Notes: generated by a model from the sequence alone, not told the origin. A stretch of DNA of 32,233 nt from Labilithrix sp. (GCA_044227045.1 JBGAFW010000028.1:83667-115899), one strand, 5' to 3'. Numbered from the stretch's first letter, positions 1-8,344 are shown. Translations and numbers: made by a program.

Positions 1-86
1 TCGGCCGCGCCCTCGAGCACATCGAGGGCGCAGCGCTCCTGGCCACCTGGATCGACGCGATGCCCGCGCGCGCCTGCACGCCGTGA
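1..86 (+). CDS. 3' end of an unidentified protein-coding gene (C-terminal ~28 aa, ...GRALEHIEGAALLATWIDAMPARACTP*)
   Basis: Frame 3 is open from the window edge to TGA at 84-86 with protein-like composition. The other frames look like Arg/Pro-rich GC artefacts. The fragment is too short to assign a family. Confidence 0.25.
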   Translation, partial: GRALEHIEGAALLATWIDAMPARACTP

Positions 87-91
87 CGTGA

Positions 92-1642
92 TTACTGCGC
101 GGCGGTCGTGATCGAGAGGAACATCTTCGGCGGGAGGTCGCCGCAGAGGACCGTGCCACCTTGAACGGTCAGCTGGATGTCTCCGAGGTACTGCGTGAGC
201 CCGGTGCTCGGAGCCTTCATGTCGACGTTGCCGACGATGGGCGTGAGGGGGACGACGTTGCCGTTCGAGAGGTTGATCTTGAACGCGTCGGCAGGCGTCC
301 CAACGCGCGGCGCGACGCTCGCGATGTAGGCCGCGGGTTGGTTTCCGTTGTTGATGATCTTCCACGGCTTCGAGACGGTCTGTCCCCAGCCCGTTCCGCC
401 GACGTTCGGGACGTCGATCAACGTCGGATCGAGCACGAGGATCGCGCCGCGTGCCGTCTCCTTCAAGGTCACGAGGTGCGGCTGATCGCCAGGCGCCGTC
501 GACGTGATGCGGAGGACATCGTCGTAGAAGCCGTTCGTCGTGGGTGACGGGAACGGGACGGTCTTCGGGATGACGCGGAGCTTGTATTGCGAGGCAGCCG
601 CCATCGGGATGGCGACGCCTGGCGTGAGCGCGGCGCCGTTGGCGTCGTTCGCGAGCGTGTAGGGTGACGTTCCTGCTTCGCCCTTCTCGAGGACCGGCGT
701 GAACTCCATCGCGGCGGTGCTCGTGACGGTGACGACCTGGTATTGCACGCTCGTCCCGCAGTCGACCTGCCCGAAGTTCACCGTGCCGGGCGATACGCCG
801 ACGGACGTGGTGCCGTGACCCTTCAGGTTCGTGTTCACCGGCGGCGTCTTGCAATGCACCGCGGAGGAGTTGAACGAGAGCGCGAGCGTGTCGGTGTAAT
901 CGACGGTGTTGGCCGAGATCATCCCGAGCGTCTTCGAGACCGTGTCGGCCGGCGCGAGCTTCACCGTCGCCGTGTCGAGGTTGTCGATCTTGAAGTTCTG
1001 GCTTCCGAGGTTGAGCGTCGCCGTGACCTCGAGGTTGCCCGAGTTCGTGAGGCTGAATGGGATCGTGCCCGTCGTTCCGACCTTCACGTCGCCGAAGTCG
1101 TAGAGCTCCTTCAACGTCGAGCTGATGATCGCCCCGCGCGCGGTCTGGTGGAGGCGCACGACGAGCGGCGGCGCGCCATCCGCCGTCTGGATCTCGAGCG
1201 TGCCCGCGTAGAGATCGGGCGCGATGTCGGAGGTCTGCGGGATGGGCTCTGGGATGATCTGGATGTTGGCCTCGCCCTTCGCGGGGATGCCGCCTTCCTT
1301 CGGGTTCAGCTTGAAGTACTTCTCGCCCGCGGTGAACGCCGCCTTGAAGTTGATGATGTCAGGTCGCGGGTTCTTGAGCGTGATCACCTTCTCGGGCGCC
1401 TGCGCTCCACAGTTCACGAAGCCGTTGTCGCCAAGCAGGATGCCCTTCTCGTCGACCGCCGGGCTGATCGTGACCGCGCTGCCGTTGGTGGCGGAGTCAT
1501 TGACCGCCGCGTCGATCGGATCGTCCGCAGCCGCGGGCGGACGCTCTCCCGAACCGCTGCAGTTGGCGAGCGCTGCGACGCCGCAAACGACGGCGACGAC
1601 CTGAATGGAGTACACGAGCCCACGAACGTGGCTTCGCTTCAT
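92..1642 (-). CDS. Secreted (possibly lipidated) cell-surface protein built of 4-5 tandem 'choice-of-anchor D'/HYDIN-ASH-like Ig-fold repeats
   Basis: Long minus ORF 92..1663. ATG at 1642 is preceded by GGAGGG 6 nt upstream and gives N-terminus MKRSHVRGLVYSIQVVAVVCGVAALANCSG, a Sec signal peptide. Repeated ~90-aa units contain FG.V.VG / LTNSGN / KIINNGN / ITLKNP motifs typical of choice-of-anchor D domains. TAG stop at 92-94 sits 5 nt from the convergent upstream fragment. Confidence 0.6.
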   Translation of the reverse strand: MKRSHVRGLVYSIQVVAVVCGVAALANCSGSGERPPAAADDPIDAAVNDSATNGSAVTISPAVDEKGILLGDNGFVNCGAQAPEKVITLKNPRPDIINFKAAFTAGEKYFKLNPKEGGIPAKGEANIQIIPEPIPQTSDIAPDLYAGTLEIQTADGAPPLVVRLHQTARGAIISSTLKELYDFGDVKVGTTGTIPFSLTNSGNLEVTATLNLGSQNFKIDNLDTATVKLAPADTVSKTLGMISANTVDYTDTLALSFNSSAVHCKTPPVNTNLKGHGTTSVGVSPGTVNFGQVDCGTSVQYQVVTVTSTAAMEFTPVLEKGEAGTSPYTLANDANGAALTPGVAIPMAAASQYKLRVIPKTVPFPSPTTNGFYDDVLRITSTAPGDQPHLVTLKETARGAILVLDPTLIDVPNVGGTGWGQTVSKPWKIINNGNQPAAYIASVAPRVGTPADAFKINLSNGNVVPLTPIVGNVDMKAPSTGLTQYLGDIQLTVQGGTVLCGDLPPKMFLSITTAAQ

Positions 1643-2052
1643 ACGACCCTCCGGAACAAGCAAATCAATTCAAATACGAAGCTCGCGTGACCTGACTCGT
1701 CGATCCTGTGAGAGCCGTCATAGCGAGCCGCGCGTAAACCAGGCTATCGACTGTGACAAGACGGCGCAAGTTGACCAACCATTCACTTCTTCTCTCCGGT
1801 GGACAGCCCGCGCTTTGCGGCAAGCGCGTGCAGGTGCTGTCCCACCTCGTGCGTGCGTCGTCGCGCGCGCGCAGCAAGGTGGGCCGTCGCGCTTGGTGCG
1901 CGGTTGGTGCGCGTTCCGTGACGCAGGCGTTCTTCGATTCCCCGCGTCAGCGGCAGCGCCACTTATGTAGGAGCGAGCGGGTTCTCGCCGGGATCCGAGC
2001 CTCCTTCATCTCGCGGCGGCACGGCATGGTTGGTGCGAACGCGCCACGCTCC

Positions 2053-3255
2053 ATGAAGCTCGGTCTGTCGCCTGTTCTCCTCTCGACCCTCGCGCTGTCG
2101 TCTTCCCTCCTCTTCGGCGTCGGTCTTGGGGGATGTGGCGACTCAGACGAACCGGGATACTTCGAGTCGACGAACGGGACCTCGCCCGGTCAGCGCGGCG
2201 CCGACCCCACCGGCGGTCCGGCAGGCGGCGGTGGTGACGGCGGGACAGGTGCAGCGTCCTCCTCTTCTTCTTCGTCGTCCTCCTCGTCGTCTGGGTCGGG
2301 TGGTCCGAGCGCGAAGTGCACGCAGGGGACGAAGTCGTACGGCACGATGAAGTCGTGGGAGTGCGTTCCTTCGGGCGCGCCGGCGAAGGCTGGGCTCGTC
2401 GTCGCGCTTCACGGCTACACGCAAGGCGTCGAGCAAGGTGGAACGAACGGCGCTCCGTGGGGCTTCAAGCCGACGTCGCAGTGGGACGTGCTCGCGGAGA
2501 AGCACAAGTTCTACGTCCTCTACCCTGACCACGGGACGTCCGCGTTCAGCTGGTATGCGTTCTACGGCACGAGCGGGATCGGTCGCACCGATCTCGAGCC
2601 GACGAACATCGCTCAGATGGTGAAAGACTTCATGGCGACGCACGACGTCGACCCGAACAAGGTCTTCATCAACGGTCTCTCCGCCGGTGCGTACATGGCC
2701 GTCGTGATGCTCGCGACGTACCCCGATCTGTTCGCGGGCGGGTCCACGTTCGCGGGCGGCGCGTACGGCTGCTCGACCTCATGCGCCGCGCTCGGCAAGA
2801 AGGGCAGCGGCTGGACGTGGCCGGGTAATCACTCCTCGAGCCTCGTCAAGCAGGCATACGCGACGGTGTGGAACGACGCGAACGCGCGGAAGCCGAAGCT
2901 CCTCATCTTCCAAGGCGACGCCGACGGCGCCGTCACGCCCGAGAACCTCGCCGACCTTACCCAACAATGGAACGGCGCGCTCGGCATCACCGGCGCGGGC
3001 AAGACGAGCACGCTCAAAGGACACGCCTATACCGAATACGACAGGAACGGCACCGTCATGCTCGCGAGCGTGACGATGAAGGGCATTGGCCACGGCACGC
3101 CGGTGGATCCTGGCGCAGGCGCCGATCAGGGCGGCTGGGATCCGGAGCCGAGCCAAACGATGAAGAACGACCAGAACGCGACGCAGGACTGGACGAACAG
3201 CACAGGCATTTATGGCCCTTACTACTCTGCAAAGTTCTGGGGCCTGATTCCCTGA
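2053..3255 (+). CDS. Extracellular esterase of the PHB-depolymerase/LpqC alpha/beta-hydrolase family, lipoprotein with poly-Ser linker
   Basis: ORF is open from 1753, but the first credible start is ATG 2053 (MKLGLSPVLLSTLALSSSLLFGVGLGGCGD, signal peptide plus lipobox-like LGGC), or ATG 2026. The run of 12 Ser (S12) is a linker. Motifs VVALHGYTQG, nucleophile elbow GLSAGAY and FQGDADGAV(TP) match esterase/PHB depolymerase family proteins. Confidence 0.7.
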   Translation: MKLGLSPVLLSTLALSSSLLFGVGLGGCGDSDEPGYFESTNGTSPGQRGADPTGGPAGGGGDGGTGAASSSSSSSSSSSSGSGGPSAKCTQGTKSYGTMKSWECVPSGAPAKAGLVVALHGYTQGVEQGGTNGAPWGFKPTSQWDVLAEKHKFYVLYPDHGTSAFSWYAFYGTSGIGRTDLEPTNIAQMVKDFMATHDVDPNKVFINGLSAGAYMAVVMLATYPDLFAGGSTFAGGAYGCSTSCAALGKKGSGWTWPGNHSSSLVKQAYATVWNDANARKPKLLIFQGDADGAVTPENLADLTQQWNGALGITGAGKTSTLKGHAYTEYDRNGTVMLASVTMKGIGHGTPVDPGAGADQGGWDPEPSQTMKNDQNATQDWTNSTGIYGPYYSAKFWGLIP

Positions 3256-3268
3256 TCCCAATTCATTT

Positions 3269-3287
3269 ATCGTGCGCCTCGCACGAT
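3269..3287. terminator. Perfect 8-bp stem/3-nt loop hairpin (ATCGTGCG-CCT-CGCACGAT) between convergent esterase and kinase genes; candidate bidirectional terminator
   Basis: Inverted repeat read directly. It lies in the 62-nt gap between stop 3255 (+) and stop 3318 (-). No clear U-tract, which is common in high-GC genomes. Confidence 0.4.
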
Positions 3288-3317
3288 AGCCCACAATCGC
3301 TAACCCATTATCCAGCC

Positions 3318-5207
3318 CTACTCTCCAGGTGGGCTGAATGCGAACGGCACGTTCGTCGAGGTGGGGCCGTCGGAGCGCGGAAACGTCAGGGTCGAAATGA
3401 TCTGCGCGACGCAGGCGCTGACGGCCCTGTTGGGCATCGACCCAGACACGACGGGACCCCGTACAGTTCCATCGGGCTCGATCACGAAGCTCGTCGTCAC
3501 AGTCCCCTTGAGCGTCGGATCTTTTCGACGGGCCGTCTCGTAGCAGGCGTCGATCCGCGGACGTGCGCGGTTGATCACACGTTGGATGTCCTCGGTGGTG
3601 AGCCGTCGAGCATGTGGTGGATCCGACAGATGATTGGGAGGCGACGTGACTGGGCGGAGTGGCGTCGGTGACCGCGGGGGCTCGAGCGGCTTCGTCTCAT
3701 CGTACGCGACGGGCGGCGGCGCCATCGGGGGGCGCGCCGGCGGGCCTGGCAAGTCGTCGCTCGCGAGCGGGGGTGGTGGAAGCGATGTGAGCGACGGAGG
3801 AGGAGGTGGGACGTTCGCGATTGGCTTCGGCGACCACGGTCCGATCAAGAGAAACGCGCCGAGCCCCATCACGAGCACGCTCACTGCGGTGACGATCGAG
3901 CCTTTAACCTTCGCGCTCACAGGAGGCGCTTCCCGCGGCGTGTCTGGCGAGGCCTCTCGTCGTAGAGCGGGCAGCTGATCTCTCGGTGACGTGTCGACCA
4001 GCCCCGTCTCCTCCGCTATGGGCGGCGGCGGAGCGGTCGGCACGTCTGGGTTTGGCCCGAATACGAGCGGGATCGTGTCGTGGCTCGCGAGCCGCTCGGA
4101 CCCCGCGTCGACGATTTGTTTGGCGCCGATGGCCTCGTCGCGGAGCGTGCTCGGTGGGGAGTCAGCCTCGGTCGCGCTCGGAACGGGCGACGCCTTGGCG
4201 ATCGGCTTCATCGCGACCGTGGGTGCGGTCGGATCGACCGGCGCAGGAGCCGTATCCGGAGGCAGCGTGACGTCGGGGATCGGGACCGCGTCGAGCTTCA
4301 AGACCGGATCGAGCAGCCGCCACGCTTCGCGCGCGTTCGGCGGGCGCTTCGCCGCGTCCCGATCGAGGCACTGCGCGAGCCATTCGTCGAAGCCGGCAGG
4401 GATCGTGAACGCGCGCCCGAGCTCACGCGCGCGATCGGACGCGGTCGGGATCGGATCGAGGACGATCTCGCGCATCAGCTCGGCCATCGACGCGTCTTCG
4501 GAGGCCGAGCGCCAAAACGACCGCCCGGTGAGCACGTAGAACGCGATCAAGCCGAGCGCCCAGACATCCGCGGCAGGGAGGATCGCCGATCGACGCGTCT
4601 GCTCTGGCGCCATCCAGATCGGTGAGCCCATCGCCGCGGTGCTCTTCGCGCCCGCCTCCGCGGTGAGCTTCGCGATGCCGAAGTCGAGGAGCTTCACGTG
4701 CACGAGCGCGCTCCGCTTGGGGTCGCCCTCGGCCGCGGCTCCAGCGCGCTTTGGCGTCGCGATGAACACGTTCTCGGGCTTCAGATCGCGATGCACGATG
4801 CCGGCGGCGTGCGCTTCCCCTAAGCCATGGCAAAGCTGCTCGAAGATCCGACGCGCTTCGCCGGCGCGCAGCGCGCCCTTCGCGGTGACGTACTGATCGA
4901 GATCCTGACCGGTGAGGAGCTCCATCACGAGGAACGGCAAGCCTGAGTCCGCGTCGACGCCCGCCGCATGCACCTCCACGATGTGCTCGCTCTCGATCTG
5001 CGCGCCGATGCGCGCCTCTTGCTCGAAGCGACGGCGCAGATCCGGCTTCGCGACGAGCTGCGGGTGCATGATCTTGAGCGCCCGATGCTTGCCGGTGCTG
5101 ATCTGCTCCACGACGTAGATCGAGCCCATCCCACCGGCGCTGAGCGGCTCGACGATGCGATAGCCCGTCGCGAACACGGAGCCGCTTCGTAGTGCGGTGG
5201 GCTGCAT
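3318..5207 (-). CDS. Bitopic membrane Ser/Thr protein kinase: N-terminal Hanks kinase domain, Pro-rich linker, one TM helix, C-terminal AgmX/PglI-type (TonB-C-like) periplasmic domain
   Basis: ATG at 5207. Hanks kinase motifs are present: glycine-rich loop SAGGMGSIYVV, ALK (VAIK-type Lys), HRDLKPENVF, DFGIAK, GSPIWMAPE. TM helix VTAVSVLVMGLGAFLLIGPW (aa ~437-458) followed by PPPPP tracts. The last ~90 aa (DIQRVINRARPRIDACYE...FVIEPDGTV...ACVAQIISTLTFP) resemble the myxobacterial AgmX/PglI C-terminal domain. Confidence 0.9.
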   Translation of the reverse strand: MQPTALRSGSVFATGYRIVEPLSAGGMGSIYVVEQISTGKHRALKIMHPQLVAKPDLRRRFEQEARIGAQIESEHIVEVHAAGVDADSGLPFLVMELLTGQDLDQYVTAKGALRAGEARRIFEQLCHGLGEAHAAGIVHRDLKPENVFIATPKRAGAAAEGDPKRSALVHVKLLDFGIAKLTAEAGAKSTAAMGSPIWMAPEQTRRSAILPAADVWALGLIAFYVLTGRSFWRSASEDASMAELMREIVLDPIPTASDRARELGRAFTIPAGFDEWLAQCLDRDAAKRPPNAREAWRLLDPVLKLDAVPIPDVTLPPDTAPAPVDPTAPTVAMKPIAKASPVPSATEADSPPSTLRDEAIGAKQIVDAGSERLASHDTIPLVFGPNPDVPTAPPPPIAEETGLVDTSPRDQLPALRREASPDTPREAPPVSAKVKGSIVTAVSVLVMGLGAFLLIGPWSPKPIANVPPPPPSLTSLPPPPLASDDLPGPPARPPMAPPPVAYDETKPLEPPRSPTPLRPVTSPPNHLSDPPHARRLTTEDIQRVINRARPRIDACYETARRKDPTLKGTVTTSFVIEPDGTVRGPVVSGSMPNRAVSACVAQIISTLTFPRSDGPTSTNVPFAFSPPGE

Positions 5208-5230
5208 CTCGCTCTTCGGCTCTCTTCGTT

Positions 5231-6136
5231 CTACGCCGTGAACGCGGTCAGCATCTCCTTCGCCCCGTATTTACCCTTCGGATCGCGCTCGATCCGCGAG
5301 GCGGCGGTGCTCGGGTCGTGGGTGTAAAACGCCCACCCCTCCTCGGAGAGGATGCGATCGAGGAGCTTCTTCTTCTCGTCGATGAGCAGCTCCGGATAGC
5401 GGTCGTAGCCCATCGTGATCGGCAGGTGCACCCACGGCACGCCCGGGACGAGGTCGCCGAGGAACGTGATCGGGCCTTTTCGCCAACCCTCGACGCGCGT
5501 GAGCATGAGACCTGGCGTGTGCCCCTCCGAGATCGTGAACGAGTAAGCGTCACCGAGGAGCGCGCTCTTGCCCGCGATGCCTTCGTGCGTCTTCACGATC
5601 TCGAGGCGACCCGTCGCCTCGAGCAAGCCTTGCAGCTCGGGGATGAACGACGCCCGGTCGCGCGCATGCGGGGCGTTCGCGCGCTTCCACGCCAGATCGC
5701 TCACGACATACGACGCGTTCGGAAACGCGAGCGCGGGCGCCGCCCCTTCTCTCCACGCCGTCAGGAGACCACCGGCATGATCGAAGTGGAGATGCGAGAG
5801 GACGATGACATGGATGTCGCTGGGCGCGAGCCCAGCCTTCGCGAGCGAGTCGATGAGCACGTGGCGGTCTTCCTGCACGCCGAAGCGCTCGCGCATCTTC
5901 GGCTCGAAGAACGCGCCGATGCCCGCCTCGAGCAGGACGTTGCGCTTCTTCGGCTGGCTCTCTCGAACGAGCAGCGCCCGGCACGCGAGCGTGATGCGAT
6001 GTCGATCGTCCGGCGGCGCCCACTTCTCCCAGACCGGGCGCGGACAGTTGCCAAACATCGCGCCTCCGTCGAGACGCTGCGTGTTGCCTTCGATCGCGAC
6101 GAGCTCGACGTTGCCGGGCTTCTCCATGCTCACCAT
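5231..6136 (-). CDS. MBL-fold metallo-hydrolase (lactonase/AttM-AiiA-like beta-lactamase superfamily)
   Basis: 301-aa ORF with the HxHxDH zinc motif ([11 protein letters not shown]) and downstream His/Asp ligands. It sits 23 nt upstream of the kinase gene on the same strand and is probably co-transcribed with it. Confidence 0.8.
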   Translation of the reverse strand: MVSMEKPGNVELVAIEGNTQRLDGGAMFGNCPRPVWEKWAPPDDRHRITLACRALLVRESQPKKRNVLLEAGIGAFFEPKMRERFGVQEDRHVLIDSLAKAGLAPSDIHVIVLSHLHFDHAGGLLTAWREGAAPALAFPNASYVVSDLAWKRANAPHARDRASFIPELQGLLEATGRLEIVKTHEGIAGKSALLGDAYSFTISEGHTPGLMLTRVEGWRKGPITFLGDLVPGVPWVHLPITMGYDRYPELLIDEKKKLLDRILSEEGWAFYTHDPSTAASRIERDPKGKYGAKEMLTAFTA

Positions 6137-6194
6137 GGACGCAGCTTAGCGCCAGGGATGAGACAGAGAAGAGAGAGAGGGACGAAGAGGCCGA

Positions 6195-6923
6195 TCAGTA
6201 GCAGCCGACCTGGCCGCCCTTGATCTGGCACTTCTCCTTCGACTTGCACTTCTCTTCGATTTCGAACTTCTTCGAACGGCACTTCAAGATCGCGCGCTCG
6301 TCGGCGGAGCAAGAGAAGTGCTCTTCCTTCTCGCATGCGTCGCCTTGGTTTGCGACGGAGTCGTCGCACTCGACCTTGAACCCCTGCTCTTTCGAGCCGG
6401 TGACGCGGCAGCCCTTCGGCCCCTTGCAGAGGCTCGCCTGCGTGAACTTACCGCCACGGCAAGCGAGCGCCGCCTTCTTGTCGACGGTGCACGCGTAGTC
6501 TTCTTCTTCACGGCAGGCGTCGCCGGGGTTGGCCACGCTGTTGTCGCAGGTGACCTTCTTCTTCTCCATCACGCACGAACGCTCACCGAGGCAGCTCTGC
6601 ACGAGCGTCCACTTGTTCTTCGTGCACTGGAGCATGCCCTTCTTGTCGCTCGTGCACACGTAGTCGTCGACGAGGTTGCAGACGTCTTTGTCCTCGGCGA
6701 CGCTCTGGTCGCACGCGTGCTCGCCGGACGCCTTCGAGCAGCCGTCGGGGCCTTTGCAGGACATCTCTTCCCACTTGCCGTCGTGGCAGGCGAGCGCCTT
6801 CTTGTCCTCGACGCAGAGCTCCTTCGTCTCGATTTTGCAGCTTCCACCAGCCTTCGGCTTGCAGCCAATACCGGCGCCAGCGAGACCAAGAAGAAAGACT
6901 AGGAGGAGAGCCCCACGCTTCAT
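6195..6923 (-). CDS. Secreted Cys-rich lipoprotein composed of four tandem ~55-aa cysteine-rich repeats (unassigned family)
   Basis: ATG 6923. MKRGALLLVFLLGLAGAGIGCKP is a signal peptide with a classical lipobox (AGIGC). Four repeats share the pattern C-D-x-S-V-A-x-x-G-D-x-C-x-x-E-E-x-[YF]-x-C-[TS]-x-D-[KE]-[KR]-x-x-L-x-C-x-x-x-K-[WF]-x-x-x-x-x-C-x-G-x-x-x-C, with about 28 Cys in total. Confidence 0.65.
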   Translation of the reverse strand: MKRGALLLVFLLGLAGAGIGCKPKAGGSCKIETKELCVEDKKALACHDGKWEEMSCKGPDGCSKASGEHACDQSVAEDKDVCNLVDDYVCTSDKKGMLQCTKNKWTLVQSCLGERSCVMEKKKVTCDNSVANPGDACREEEDYACTVDKKAALACRGGKFTQASLCKGPKGCRVTGSKEQGFKVECDDSVANQGDACEKEEHFSCSADERAILKCRSKKFEIEEKCKSKEKCQIKGGQVGCY

Positions 6924-6967
6924 CGGGTGTGCAGTGTCATCCTAGTCGGACCGGCGGCCCGATGCCC

Positions 6968-6983
6968 AGCTTCCTTCGTGCCT
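6968..6983 (-). promoter_or_regulatory. Sigma54-like -24/-12 element (aGGCACG-N4-aaGCt; GG-N10-GC spacing) upstream of the Cys-rich lipoprotein/MBL/kinase gene string
   Basis: Minus-strand read AGGCACGAAGGAAGCT, compared with the TGGCACG-N4-TTGC consensus. GG and GC are correctly spaced and the T/TT positions are degenerate. It lies ~45 nt upstream of ATG 6923. Confidence 0.2.
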
Positions 6984-7120
6984 CAGTGATTTGGTCTCGA
7001 TTTTCCCAAGGCGCTGCATGCGCGCGACGCCACCACGAGCCCCCGAACGCCGCGCATTCCATCGTCGAAGGAGCTTTTCCCCTCGAACCGCGCTCGCGGG
7101 AGGCAATCAAAGCCGAAGCG

Positions 7121-8344
7121 TCACGAGCGCCGGACGCGCGCCGGGACGCGCTCGAGGTCGCCCTCGGGGGCGGCGCGCGGCGTGTTGTCTTCGAGCAGCG
7201 TCGCGTACGTGATGAGCGACTTGTTGTCGAAGCGCTCCCTCGCGCGAAGGAGGACGCTCTCGACGTTGCGACGTCGCTCCTGCTCGCGATCGCGAAAGAG
7301 CGCGGCCTGCGCGCCTCGAGCCGGCCCGAGGTCCTGCACCGAGACGCCCGTGAGTCGAACGCGCGCGGAGGCGTCGAGCGGAAAGCGATCGAGCAGCGTG
7401 AGGCAGGCGTCGTGGAGCGTGCGCGTGTCGTTCGCGGGTGACGGGAGCACCATCCGACGCGTGAGGAGCGTGAAGTCGTGCAGCTTCAGCTTCACCACGA
7501 CGGCACGCGCGGCGATTCCCGCGGCAGTGAGTCGCTCGGCGACGCGCGACGCATGCGCCAGGAGCGTCCGCGCGATGCTCTCCCGCGTGGTGAGGTCGAC
7601 GTCGTAGGTGCACTCGGCCCCGATCGACTTGGCTTCGCGATCGGGGACGACGTCGCGCGGATCGATGCCGCGCGCGAGCTCGGAGACCTCCGGTCCCCAC
7701 TTGCCGAGCGCGCGCTCGAGCGCAGCGGGCTCTGCCTTCGCGAGATCGCCGAGCGTCTTGTAGCCAAGCGCGCGAAGCGACGGCGCCGTCTTCGGCCCGA
7801 TGCCCCACATGCGCTCGATCGGGAGCGGCGCGAGGAACGCGCCGACGTCTCCGCTGACGACGGTGAGGCCGTTCGGCTTGTCCATGTCGCTCGCGATCTT
7901 CGCGACGAACTTGCTCGAGGCGACGCCCGCCGAGCATGTCAGCTTCGTCGCCTCGTAGACGTCCTTCTTGATCAGGGCGGCGATCGTAGCGCCGTCGCCG
8001 AAGAGGCTCCTCGAGCCGGTCACGTCGAGGAATGCTTCGTCGATCGAGAGGCCTTCGACGAGCGGCGTGTACTTGTGGAACACGTCGAAGACCTGACCGC
8101 TCACCTCTCCGTAGCGATCACCACGCGGAGGTACGACGACCAGCCGCGGACACCGCCGGAGCGCCTCCGCCATCGGCATCGCGGAGCGGACACCGTACTC
8201 GCGCGCGGCGTACGAGGCGGCCGCGACGACGCCTCGCCGGCTCGCACCTCCAACGACGAGCGGCTTGCCGCGAAGCTCCGGATTGTCGCGCTCTTCCACG
8301 GAGGCGAAGAACGCATCCATGTCGACGTGGAGGATTTGACGCAA
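7121..8344 (-). CDS. dinB: DNA polymerase IV (Y-family translesion polymerase)
   Basis: N-terminus (L/M)RQILHVDMDAFFASVEERDNPELRGKPLVVGG aligns residue-for-residue with E. coli DinB MRKIIHVDMDCFFAAVE... TTG start at 8344 has AAGGAG 7 nt upstream. Palm, fingers and little-finger regions are recognisable along the length. Confidence 0.95.
   Translation of the reverse strand: MRQILHVDMDAFFASVEERDNPELRGKPLVVGGASRRGVVAAASYAAREYGVRSAMPMAEALRRCPRLVVVPPRGDRYGEVSGQVFDVFHKYTPLVEGLSIDEAFLDVTGSRSLFGDGATIAALIKKDVYEATKLTCSAGVASSKFVAKIASDMDKPNGLTVVSGDVGAFLAPLPIERMWGIGPKTAPSLRALGYKTLGDLAKAEPAALERALGKWGPEVSELARGIDPRDVVPDREAKSIGAECTYDVDLTTRESIARTLLAHASRVAERLTAAGIAARAVVVKLKLHDFTLLTRRMVLPSPANDTRTLHDACLTLLDRFPLDASARVRLTGVSVQDLGPARGAQAALFRDREQERRRNVESVLLRARERFDNKSLITYATLLEDNTPRAAPEGDLERVPARVRRS

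Noticed and set aside
1753-2052. 300-nt in-frame upstream extension of the esterase ORF (MTRRRKLTNH...)
   Set aside because: It is Arg-rich, lacks an RBS and precedes a perfectly formed signal peptide starting at ATG 2053. An open frame without stops is expected by chance in high-GC DNA.
2263-2298. Run of 12 Ser codons considered as a hypermutable simple-sequence repeat / phase-variation site
   Set aside because: The codons are heterogeneous (tcc tcc tct tct tct tcg tcg tcc tcc tcg tcg tct), not a pure trinucleotide repeat, so slipped-strand mispairing is unlikely. It is interpreted as a linker.
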